DNA of 63,941 bases, counting the filler, from Diploschistes diacapsis (Eukaryota): NCBI GenBank assembly GCA_023645945.1. It is 4 parts of 4 records of this genome, joined end to end, with 100 filler letters (N's around TTAATTAATTAA, not from the genome) between each part and the next. Parts side by side here need not be neighbours in the genome. Positions count along the whole stretch, not along the records: positions 32,284 to 48,288 come from JALAIB010000526.1; 3 more parts are not named here. One strand, 5' to 3'. This document shows, one piece after another, positions 36,930 through 48,388 of the stretch. How positions within the stretch are numbered: the first letter of the stretch is position 1; each line of letters opens with the position of its first letter. The notes below the pieces were generated by a model. It worked only from the letters and a program-made list of their open reading frames with translations, was not told the origin of the DNA and did not search any database. The translations under genes were made by a program, and so were the position numbers.

Positions 36930-39078
36930 AACGAAATAGTGACTCCTAGCCTTCAACTCGTCAATACCACCCTCGAGCACCTTAATCTTTTGCTCAAAAT
37001 GATTTCTATCGAACGAAATGGCATCTGTCTCGCCAGCGATCCAGTCCAAGTCGCTATCGTTAAGACTACATACGAAATCGAGACACAAAAGAGAGTCAAG
37101 ACCTCGAAGGAACGTCTGCTCGATCGCTAGCTTTGCAATATCGTCTACAATCGTTGCAACCTGACTAGTTAGCGTCGCCAACCGCAATTGAAAGTGCATT
37201 CGACAACCATCAGATTGGGCGGACTAACCTTATAATATGCTTGCATGGCATACATGGCTTTGTTGGCTGGCATATCTATCCATGTCTGGATCATCTTTCG
37301 TTGCCAGAATTGCTCGAACAATATTGTCAGTACTATAGTAACTGCCCCTCTCCGGTCGGATCTGACCTTCTCTGCTAAAAGGTTCCAGAGCTATTCGAAT
37401 GTCTTCCTCTTGACGTTGTTGCTGAGCTTTACGTAGATTCTCCGTGAAATAATGGTTGTATGTAATGGGATAACTGTGGCTGACGTTTTGATAGATCTCC
37501 TCGACCTTCTGATTCACATGCGAATACAAAATCTGCATCGAGGAGTTCATACGCTGCAACAGACGTTCAGCTGTCGACTCATCTGCAATATATCTTATCA
37601 CGTCGGTAACGAATAAGTATGCAAACTCGACGATCTTCTCCACAGTTCCATGGATTATATCCTTCCACTTGGTAGACTGCTCCTAAAAAAGCACTTCCAC
37701 GACAAGAGGATTGTAGATACCAGGTAATTCTCTCCCTCTAATTTCCCTCATTGCAATCTTAACCTTATCGACATATTCATCACGGGTCAAAGTATTGAGG
37801 TTATCCAGATTATCAGGAGGACGAAAGTTTACGATATTGAAAGTATGACCCTGATCTCTCAAAATGGCAGCAAAATCAAGGAGACTATTCTGCACAACTG
37901 CTCTCAAGCGCTTTGAGTAACGGTCGACCTTCGTGCCATAACTAAAGAAAAGGTCTTGCGTAGCTGCCATCAATAGCACATCTAACCAGGTTGGTATACT
38001 CTTAAGCGACCCTGTGTATATATTGTCTCCGTTGACTCAACGAACCACCACGTGCAGGGCCGAGCCTTCGCAAAGCATCCTTTGCATCTGAAATTCCATT
38101 CTCAGAGTCCTGAATCACTTAAGGAAGTTGTCGCAAAATCAAATCCTTGAGCACACTACTAAGCCTCGTTCTCAAATTCTTGACTCCAAGCTGAGTCGGG
38201 TCCGGAGACGCCCAAGCGCTACAAGCGAAAAATTGTTGTTCTTGCCTATCTTGCTCTATTGTTGTCATATCCTTAGAACTATAATCTCTGTTTCTCACAA
38301 CGTGCCAGCCCAAACGAAATAAGACATCCTCATTAGCAGCAAGTCTCATGTATGCTCTTTCACTATCTGACCCTTGGTCAAGTGTGTCCGGCTTTGTGAT
38401 CAATCCCAATGTCCTCTCCCCTTTCGGATCAAGCTTGCGGGCATATTTGATTACCGATTGAACATTGAAATCGCTCTTCGCTGCAAGGATAATTGTGCGC
38501 TGCTTGCTTATGTAAGACAGGACTAAGGACTTAACAAGCTCTGCGTCTTCTTCGGATTGATCGCGACTACCAGCCTCGAACAGTCCTGGAAGGTCGACCA
38601 TGGTCAGATGAGATTATGATAGACCAGATAGCTCAATACGAAGCACATCCTTTACAGAAGACCTGGCTTATAGATGAACTTAAAAGACCATAATCAATTT
38701 AGCCCGCTCCACGATATCTTCGAAATCAGACATTACAAGCTTCTATTCGACATAGCAAGATGCGAGTTCTCTTTTCTCTATATCTTCTCGGTCGTCCCCT
38801 GACTGTATCGTAACCTTAACACTTTTTTAAAGGTCTCGGCGTAGTATGACCTCTGTAGCAAATCTGGTACAGAGATTGTCCTTCACAGGAAAGGAGATAC
38901 CTGAAATAGCTTCCAAGACAGAACTCTTGCCACTAAATTGGTCACCACAAACAACAATTTGAGGTAACTCGACATATCGGCTCATGCCTCGCATACGGAA
39001 TCGATCAACAACGTCGAGCAAATCACGATGCTCTCGCGACGACAGGTCGACCGCATTGATGAGAGGTCCCTGTTCCAT
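36930..39078 (-). pseudogene. Mx-like dynamin-family GTPase, inactivated
   Basis: LPQIVVCGDQFSGKSSVLEAISG, CTRFATE, LTMVDLPGL, RTLGLITKPD, LGWHVVRNR, RGRELPG, HSYPITYNHYFTEN. Broken by stops (e.g. 38827, 38119, 37683) and frameshifts. Confidence 0.9.
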
Positions 39079-40904
39079 GCTGTTGGAAAATACTCGCAGA
39101 GCTGCAATCTACAAAAACTTCTCGAAGGAAGGTTCTGAAGAAATAGATAGAGTACGAGTTCAGATCCAATAGATAACACAAATGCACAGAAAGTCGGAAC
39201 AAGAGAAACATGTAACACGCGTCCAGCTCGACTTATCACAGCCATAAGTCCAAAACCATATCACCTCAAAGGACTATTTGGCGGTCAAAAAATAAGTGCA
39301 TTTCATACTACTTCGCTATAGTCGCCGTTGACCATCAGGCTCGCTTGCTGTAGCAAAAAATGGCTTGATCTGTTGGCTAATATGTTACCACGTCGCATGC
39401 ATGAAACTCCATTTCACATCGTAACACGGCTACAATGGAATACATCGATCCAACGCAAAGAAGCAAGGTCGATTGGTAGCATGAATCTAGCCGTTAACTC
39501 GCAGGTACCTGACTGAAAGATGTGAATGTCAAATCGTTAGAGAATTCACAACCGCTTAAAATTACTAGCGTGCACGACAGACCCCGGATTGATATTATAA
39601 AATCAACTAATAAAGACTGAATCGCGATATATTGTCCCACGGACTCGAGTAATTTATTATTTATATAAACACTAAACAGTTTTGATTTCATCCCTAACTT
39701 ATAATAAGACGACAGATGCAAGAAGCAGAAATAGTTGATTGCTATTTTTATTTATATTATCCGCACTTCTTTCCCGCCTAACTCTGTCCAGAAGAAGCAC
39801 TGTCATAACATGAATATTTCACCTCTGCATCATATCGAGCTTTCAACAAAGTCATACTCTCAAATGAAATTATCTGAATTACTTTCTCGTCGACATTCTT
39901 CTTATCGACAAATTCCTTGTTCACTAGGTAAACTGCACGCAAGTACTCTTTAAGGACAGCCCAAAAGCTCTACAACCTATCCACATTTACTACGATTGCT
40001 TATTTAATTGTATTGTTAACCAGTCTGCGAATCCCAAGCAGTAATCATGTCAAGCAATGCGTGACTAAACTTACATATTTTGACCTCCTAAACGAGAGTT
40101 TTATTTGCGACACTTGCCTTGGCTTTAAAGAAGATAAGTTTTCAGGTGTCTAGCCTAGTCGATCAAGTCAAGATCCAGCTGGTTACTGCGAACGCAGAGA
40201 TTCGTTGTACAAGCGGTTCGCCAAACTCAATTCAATAGTACATTCGTCAATAGCAGCTAGACTCAAGATTTGAAAAAAGCAACCACAACTGTCCTAGAAC
40301 GCGGAGTTACAGTCGATATACCATACCGTCTGCTAGAACGCGGAACGCGATTTTCAGCCAACACAACAGCTGGAGCGAGAGGTAGGAAACGCAAGGCGCT
40401 GGTAGTTGTGTACCATAGAAAGAAGCAAAGGGGCTTAGCAATTTTGTCCGAATAAATGAACAATCTACCGTTTAAATAATGAGATCGTAATATTCTTCTT
40501 TAAGCTCCAATCAAGATCCTGAAATTGCACTGAGGAGACCACAGAAACAGTAAGTCGTCGCAGTCTAAAATCTATAAATGTTTTCTCATCTGAGCATTGT
40601 ATCATGTGCAGCTTAGGTTAGACTCAACAGAAATTGAGATCGATTAATTATTTACTTCATTCATTCATTCTTTATATGCATTTCATAGTCCTACTACCTA
40701 CCCGTCCTCCGACATGAAATTAACAAAACCCTTTTGGCGAAATCGGCCAATGATTGAAATCGTTAACAGTAGTTCTCAAAAGCAAGAGGTAAACGCTGTT
40801 GATCATAATGATTGCTACCTGAGGTAAAAATATCACTAGCTGGCTTGCACAACAGTCAACTTTCCAAGACCATCATTTGCAGCAATTTCCGTCCTCCGAA
40901 GACC

Positions 40905-41480
40905 ACCACCAAGGCTTCGGCTTATCCAGGTTGAAAGCTTGCTTATAGAAATCTTCTAATGATGAAATTGCACCTATTGAAATCATCGATAGGATACCAC
41001 TGTTCGTCTAAAGAATATCCCTTCCAACTTACTCTAACGAATATCATGCCTTCCTCGCCTTTCAGGACGTCGAGTACCTCTTCTATTTCGTATTCTTTAT
41101 CATCATCTCCTTCCTGCTCTGTTCTTTCCTGTTGTATTCTTTCCTATTATATCCTTCCTGCTCTGTTCTTTCCTGCTGTATTCTTTCCTATTATATCCTT
41201 TGCCGTTGTGGTCTTTGCCGTTGTGGTCTTTGCCGTTATGGTCTTCGCAATTGCGATAGTCCTTCTTGTGGTGGTTCTTGTTATTGAGTGCCTCGAGGAG
41301 ACAGATTCACAAGAACCTGTCCGATACAAAGCATATCTATAGACGAGCAATTGGTCGCGACAGTATTTATCTTGGAGGAAAGCATGTCAGGAACGTGGTC
41401 AGGTACAAACTAACTCGTTGCTGTATCGCTCTTGCACCAATCTTTCTCCCAATCGACGTAAAGTTTCCACTCATCATGTC
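40905..41480 (-). pseudogene. Chromodomain protein, degenerate, with Q/R/E-rich repeat linker
   Basis: Manual translation ~41100-40905: DDKEYEIEEVLDVLKGEEGMIFVRVSWKGYSLDEQWYPIDDF (frameshift) GAISSLEDFYKQAFNLDKPKP, with aromatic residues at the chromodomain Y/W/Y positions. The upstream frame has stops. Confidence 0.7.
41108..41245. repeat. Coding-type minisatellite: two ~44-bp units followed by three 15-bp units
   Basis: TCCTTCCTGCTCTGTTCTTTCCTG(T/C)TGTATTCTTTCCTATTATA x2, then TTTGCCGTT(G/A)TGGTC x3. Confidence 0.85.
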
Positions 41481-42989
41481 CTTCCTAATAAGCAATGGCA
41501 GACATTCTAAACATAATCAAAGATAAAGTGAAAATAAGAATTATAAAACAAGGCTTGATCATAGACAAGAAAAAGTAAGTTAAGCAAAAGAAAATTGAGA
41601 GCCAGCGACAAACGTTCTTCCTTTTATAAATCACCCCCGGCATGATCTCGCGAAATAGCAGGCTCAAGACCTAGAAATCCATCGATAATCATTACACCAA
41701 TGGCGAAGCATTAAATGGCTGTTGCCACACGATACTAACATCATCCTACCTAACTAGCTTAACAGCTGATCCTCGAATAGTTAAGCACACCTTCACGAAC
41801 ACGGTCTTCCCGTCTCGAATACCTTCCATTGGTGAACCGCTTGTCCATTTTTTAGATGGAGGAACCGACACGATTTTTTAATCAGACAGTTCCGTGGTTT
41901 CTGGACTTCCATGAGTGGCAACCTTCCATGGCCAGATCACAATCTATATCACAACTTAAGAGACTTTGTGGCATCTGTAAGAGGTATAGACTGGTTCTGG
42001 ATCATTACCTCGTTCATCCGGCATGTTTAGACCAAATCATACGAACTCACATGGACTATTCGAATCATTGGCTCTACACGACTATATCTACTTAAATAGT
42101 GAAACCAGATTCTCAAACAACGATAAAGAAATCGAATTCAAACAGCCACCAGAGCAGAAGGTAAAGTATAATAAAATACGTATCAGGCTGGTTTCTGCAG
42201 CAAGACTTTCTGCTTTGCCCGGATCCACGGGTACTTTTTGTACTATCTAGGATCGAGAGCCCGAGTTGGCCCTTTTCGGACACGTTTGCAGACCAGAAAC
42301 ACCTAGGATTTGACTTAGCAAGCTACACTGGACACTATACCGAAAAGCTAAGTGTTCATTTTGATTTGTGCAGTCCCTCTGACCAAACACCTGTCTGGTG
42401 AATGTTATTGCGACGACCTTAAGTCAGAATGCTTTGCACGATTACCTTTGTCAAGACGAACGCCATCCAAGGAAACACAAGCCACCTGAAGAGAGAGAAC
42501 CCTTCACTCAAGGTATGAGTGCTGAAAAGCCTTAGTCAGTCTTCCACTCTTCTTTTAGCAGGCAGCGAATGCCTTAGCCTAGTTAAAGAAATGTAGACTA
42601 AACCCGAACCCACCTCTTTGACCTTAGATGTCCATAGTTTGATCAAATATCTGTTCCCCGGAAGAGCTCGAAGCAGAGCATTAGATAGACTTGAAGAAAA
42701 TCAACCGACTGCTCATTTAAGGTGACAGTCTTCACTCTAGGGGCACGTCGGACTACACATATGACGAGCCTGTATGTGAAGTGCCCCAGTAATCCTTTCA
42801 GAAGCTTAATGGAATGGCAATCCCTAGCACAATGCACTGCTTGCTATTGATGGGTCCAAGTTTGGTATAATCTGTGGTCGCCTTGTCGCGTACCTAACCA
42901 ATCAATCCACAAGATACATCCTCACCTGTTTGATAAGAGGCCGGTCGTAGCCTTTAAGCATGGAACAAGAAGTATTCGTCGTGCAGCAG

Positions 42990-43990
42990 GTATCATTCTA
43001 GCTGTCAATTCATGGCAAGAAGCCTGTACTGGCACACTGTTGATACGCCTGATGGTGGACTCGTACGCGAAGTAGTCTTCACAGCATGCGCAATCATCAG
43101 CAAAAGCTTTGACGGGTGGCTGGAAAACGAGGATGGAAAGATAGATGAGCCGATTCCACTGCCAGGAGATTATTGGTGGCATCTGCAAGGTAAACTGTCT
43201 CCTGCGTAGATCGTAAGACTAACAAATAATAACAGACAAGAAATATGCGGTTCTAATCGATTTCCGACGCTGGCGATTCCCCGACTGAGATACCGCCTAG
43301 CTGGAGGTCTACAGAGACAGAACAAAAAGGTCCCGAAACACATTGTTATCTAACACTACAGTCGTTTGGTAAAAAGCAGGCACATATTGTCCCACGCAGC
43401 GAGACAGAATGGCTTAAGCTCAATCAAGTTGGTACATGATACCTCGAAGATTGCATAAACGAAATTAACTGTTCTGCAAACAAAATCTTCCTACGTAGCG
43501 ATCTGCACAAGGGACCTGTTGACAAGCTCTTCGCTTTCGTACCGAAGGAGGATCGAGTCGTTGTTCACTGCTTCGATCGAGCTGCATATGCCTATCACAA
43601 CGTCCCTTTGCAATTTGTGCCCAATCGAGAATTACTATTGGCAAGATTTATATTCACGATTCTGCCTGTGTGCGTGCTGTCATGGTTGAAGATGAAGAAA
43701 GCGCGTCTTTTATGGGTGGAGGAAGCAGGCAAACTAATCACGAAGGAAATATCAGGAGAGGAATGTCAAGACATTGCTCATCGACCACGGGTTGCAAAGA
43801 GCACGAGCCCAAAGAAGCGCAGAATGGAAGACTCATCGGTGAGTCTAAACAGTACAATAGTATAATAGAGGTGGTTACTAATCCGACAGGCAATTCCTCT
43901 ATAAACTCGGAAACGGAGATCTACCGACTGTTTTGACTCTGGTGTGGACGTTGACGATGCGGAGTAAGATGAAGAGAAACTCAAGTACTG
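42990..43990 (+). pseudogene. Fungal HNH endonuclease (HNH_2-type), interrupted
   Basis: DGGLVREVVFTACAII...FDGWL...PGDYWWH; intron ~43190-43235; FRRWRFP; AHIVPRSETEWLKLN...*...INCSANKIFLRSDLH...FAFVPK; RELLLARFIFTIL. Has in-frame stops. Confidence 0.75.
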
Positions 43991-44749
43991 GGACTGGTTA
44001 GAAAGAGATAGAGGTCGCAAAAGGGTACGGACACAAGATTAGAAGTTGAGCCACGGATACACATGTGGGTCTATTGCCATATTTATGCCACACTCAGGAG
44101 CAAAAGGTAAAGAATAGAATCTTGTAGGTTCTAATTGCTTCTATGCTCTTCACTGTAGCCCTGTGGGCTGGGGAAAAAGCCGCGAGCCCATCTGAGAAAC
44201 TATTCCGCGGAAAGCTTTGTAATGCCAACAGATTCACGACGGACGATTTCCCAATCGATCTGTTCAATATCTCGTTGAATCATCTCATTTCATTGCCGCT
44301 GTCTGTCGTAATGAATTCCCTCGAATTTGATCTGGCAAACGGCTGTTCGAAGAGCTTCAGGTGGTAATGGCTTACGAACTATGACACCCTGTAGCTTGTA
44401 TTTAGAATTTTTGGATTAGTAATATGATATAGATGACCCTAGTTCCCATCCTTATGTTTCAGGTCGCCTTTGCAGGAAATCCAAGCAAAGTATAAAGATG
44501 AGTTCAAGGATAAAGATCGAGTCGATGGAAAGCCACACCGTCCCGCCCTGGACGGCTCGACTATAGGTGACGACTCTGACGAGTGATCGGGATGTTTAGA
44601 CTATCATGTTAAGTTAAAGCATCGCATTTGGAATCGCCTCGGGTGTGGTAAATAGCATAATTATTATGGCTTACTCGTTTCGTGTCCGTCGTTAGGATGG
44701 CATGATTTATACGAACTGTAACTCGGAATTAATTGGTCCGATTGACTCA

Positions 44750-45600
44750 TTCGATACAGTACTAATATAGTTAACGGCCGCCCGTTAAGTGCCGACGAGC
44801 CTGTTTTAAAGATTATATAATATTATAGTCGCTTTTATGTGCTGTATTAGATAAATATTTGCAGTTATTATAAAAGCCGCAACTTTTAGTGGTCAGACGA
44901 TCCTTAAATAGGTATATATAATACTGGATAAATTACAAAATCGAAATATACGGGTTAAGTGGTACCACGTGCCGAGAAAGATCAAAGCAGAGCCATTATA
45001 GAGTGCATTTACGGCCAGCCGTCGGATCTTAATAGAGTACACCCAGTTCAAATAGAACCATCCAACAAACATCGTGGAAAAAAGCATACGTCAAGCTTTG
45101 TCAAATCCATCGACTCGTGGCAGATATCAGACAAAGTAGGTAGATTCATTAGAATGGTCGATGCAGCATTGTTAAAAGCATATACCAAGGAGATATATAA
45201 TAGCCTTAAGGAGAGCGAGATAAGCATACTAGTATAATTTTGAATAGGAATGAGCAGACTTAACGAATACCTGCACGGTATAAAGGCTTTATTAAGCGTA
45301 GCATGTCTGTGCGGAAACGATAAGGAGACTGTTTTATGTTTTTTCTTTTATTGCTCGAGATGGACGATAGAGCGGCACGATCTGAAGAAAGCTTCGAGAG
45401 GCAGATAGAGAGATCTGTCGCACTGCCAGGAGGGCGATCTGGCTATCGAGATGTTAACGACAAGGAGATCGACCCTGCCATTACCTGGAAAGTTGACATG
45501 GCTGCAGTGAAAGCAATTATCGGCTTTGTTGTGCGGACTGGCAGGTTCTTTAAAAATGGTCGAATTTCGCTTACGACGATGCCACACCAAGGCTAGACAT
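44750..45600 (+). mobile_element. Non-LTR retrotransposon (LINE/Tad-like) 3' remnant, RIP-like mutations
   Basis: GRFIRMVDAAL...TKEIYNSL...SILV*F*IGMSRLNEYLHGI...ACLCGNDKETV..FLFYCSRW...: the 'LxQLRTG..RLN.YL' plus CxC...H/C zinc-knuckle region typical of fungal LINE ORF2 C-termini. The Q and R codons appear as TAA/TGA. Confidence 0.7.
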
Positions 45601-46767
45601 ATAGATCGATAATTGGTGAAGATCACGAGAACAGCCCTCTGGAACAAGACCCAACAGGCTGATTACTGCTGTCTTTCGGATACGACCGGTCATCGAGTAG
45701 GCAAATTCCATACCACACCGAAGATTATGTTCCCTTCGACGATTCGGATACCGATGCAGTCATGGTTGATGAGGATAGAAACTCGATTGTAGCCTCTAAA
45801 AATCATGTAAAGCATGCTTCACTTAACATCAGCATCGCGGCTGGCATAGTTTTCGAAGATGAGTAGATGGAAGCCCTGGATTATCAACTAGATGATGCTA
45901 AGTCTTTGGACTCTGATCGAACAGTTTTAAAGCTTTGAGCCACATATCTCAAGACATGCTTCCAGATGCGGAAAGCGTGAAGAATGGCAATCAACAGAAT
46001 TCTAATTATAGTCAGCAATCGAGCACCCTTCAGGTTAAAGCGTCACCCACAATCTAGCACGTTTCGCAGAGCCGTATTACAGAATGACCAATCGGATGAT
46101 GGTGAAGCATCTTCGAGTTTAATCATCAACGGAAGGACTTAATGGTCCGATTAGAAACTCCCGAAAGAAGAAATTCCAACGAATCACAATGGTTCGACCT
46201 TGACAAAAACTGGCAAGCGAAGCACCGCACCTGGTCGCTTCCACCAGCATAATCAGCAAAGCAACGGATATAACTACGCCTACTCAGCAACACAGCCTGT
46301 GTCCCGAGCTAGTCCCATGACGACTTTTGATACTCCCAGGCAGGCTTCCGTTCTCCAATAGACTTGTTTTGAGCATTATCTTCGTCAACAACACTCGCCA
46401 GTCAATAACAACGGTGAAGCATCAAGATTAAACAGTAGAATGGCCAGGAATGGGTTACGACGAACAGCAGGTTCCAACTTTCATGATGCACAACGAACAA
46501 CATAGCAAATCGACGATAACGAGGTTGAAGCATTACATGCCGGGATAACGTTTCTTACGGATTAATCGAATGAATAGCAGACTGCTTTGAGCCCGTTCTA
46601 GATTGATGCGATGTGGTAGGATACAGTCAGATCAGGTAGGTCACGAATGGCTATAAAGGAGATTAGATTGGTCAAACAGGCAGTGAAACGATGTGAAAAA
46701 CGGCGTGTACCATCAAGTCTCACGATTAAACGACGAGTCATCCACTAATATATATATTTAATCCGAT

Positions 46768-47349
46768 TCAATAATAACGTGGAAGAAACACTCTCCCAGC
46801 AGTGTCAACATGAACCTGTGCATATCTTCCTCGTCTTCCATGCGCAGGGTTGCTACATCGATAATTGTACGTCCTGCCTGGGCCATTGATATGATTTGCC
46901 CGCCTAGGCATAGCGTGCACCTGCTTCATCATCCCATGACCCTGCACGTCACAATCTGGGTTGTCGGGTGGTGTTTGTAACCCGGTGGGGGCTCGCTGTA
47001 TGAGACTGGTAACGAGTTAGTTTGTGGACGGCTTGGTGAAATATGCGAAGAATGGGATTACTCACTCACTATCCCGCCTCTTTTTCAGACTAAATAATTC
47101 AGCGTATTCTCGAGCAAGAAGTACTAATTCGTCATCGTTTCTTATAGCTAGATCATGCTTGTTGTCGTCCAGTGTTTGACGTCGTCGTATCGCACCAGCA
47201 GTACTGTAAACAGTGTCCGAGTCACGAGCCATGATCTCCGCAGAGAGACCATCATAGTTCCACTGCTCAGGCCCAGCAAATGCCAGGACTAAAGTAGAAA
47301 CTGTGACAAGATATATTATCGTTTGGAGGAGAGATAGCGTATGCATCAT
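46768..47349 (-). CDS. Small secreted prepro-protein (173 aa), two exons, putative effector/toxin
   Basis: Exon 1 47349-47066; 60-nt intron 47065-47006 (GTGAGT...CTAAC...CAG); exon 2 47005-46768, open to TGA. Hydrophobic signal peptide (...LVTVSTLVLAFA), Arg-terminated pro-segments, C-terminal domain with CDVQGH and CSNPAH. Confidence 0.7.
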
Positions 47350-47431
47350 GAAAGGAGGAATTGGGAATGGGAGTGGTAAACCTTAAAGTTGTTCTAGAAA
47401 CTTAGAGATAACACGGTGACTGGACCGTATA

Positions 47432-47440
47432 TTTTATATA
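47432..47440 (-). promoter_or_regulatory. TATA box of the secreted-protein gene
   Basis: TATATAAAA on the minus strand ~85-90 nt upstream of the ATG at 47349. Confidence 0.5.
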
Positions 47441-47599
47441 CTTGCGAAGAAGCAGGTTAAGTATCCCTGACTATCCTAGTATATAATCGTTGAAGATGGT
47501 AGCAAAAACAACTTGCAAAACAACCCTACAAACTGTCAGATTATTAACCCAAATAGGTTAGTTTGTCTGACAAAGCAACTAGTGGACCCGGAGGTTCTG

Positions 47600-48288
47600 G
47601 GAGGTTCAAGACTGGTATCGGGGATCCTACTAGCCATAATAGTTCTACTAGTAGCTGGAGACTACTAGGAAGGATTATTACATTATTGGATTATCAATCC
47701 AAATATATTTGGACCCTGGATCTAATAAATGTTGGATAATTAGATCCAATATTTATGCTAGATTATGGGACAAATGAAGTTGGATTAGGAGATCCAACAT
47801 TATTGGAGATTACTAGGTAATATTGATTACTAGTAATAATCAGGTGAAAGAAAGTATCTATAAAACATCTTTCGCCTCCCACCATTTGTGGCGATTATTT
47901 TCATCATTATCTTTATCTTCATTCATTACTTCCTATAATAATAAAGTATTATGCAAGCAATTTGGCATTTATTTCACTAGTCATTCCTTCCTATTGTTAT
48001 GATCTCTATCTCTACAAGGTAGACACGAGGTATTGATCAAGGTAGGTTTGGTCTCGTATAGAAGAGGAATGGAAATAGGAGAAGAAATAGATTAATTATA
48101 GGTCTATATTGATCTTTAAAAGAATGCTTTAAGGTAATAAAAGATAACGAATATAGATTAATCCCGAGTTTTAATTAAAGATAACGTATATGCATAACGA
48201 GCGGACACTCATAGCGAACGGATATTCCTCACTCGATTTTATGAACTTTCAACTTTCGTATTAATTTTCTACGCGTACGATTATGGAA
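47600..48288. repeat. Degenerate repeat rich in TTGGAT/ATCCAA motifs, grading into AT-rich RIP-like DNA
   Basis: Recurrent ATTATTGGA, TTGGAT, GATCCAA and TACTAG motifs in both orientations at ~47620-47840; TpA-rich sequence continues to the contig end. Confidence 0.55.
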
Positions 48289-48388
48289 NNNNNNNNNNNN
48301 NNNNNNNNNNNNNNNNNNNNNNNNNNNNNNNNTTAATTAATTAANNNNNNNNNNNNNNNNNNNNNNNNNNNNNNNNNNNNNNNNNNNN
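48289..48388. other. Artificial contig-joining spacer
   Basis: N44-TTAATTAATTAA-N44. Confidence 0.98.

Noticed and set aside
41108..41245. Short direct repeats as a possible CRISPR-like array
   Set aside because: Repeats are contiguous with no unique spacers, lie within a degenerate coding frame, and the genome is eukaryotic.
41856..42500. LCGICK-containing fragments reminiscent of the N-terminus of HET-domain proteins
   Set aside because: No HET core motifs could be read downstream; too fragmentary to call.
45600..46700. Stop-riddled, protein-like plus-strand sequence
   Set aside because: Probably another pseudogene, but no family could be recognised and boundaries cannot be supported.
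32284..48288. Starship captain (DUF3435 tyrosine recombinase) or element termini
   Set aside because: No recognisable recombinase motifs or boundary repeats in the visible sequence, so no mobile-element feature was called for the whole contig.
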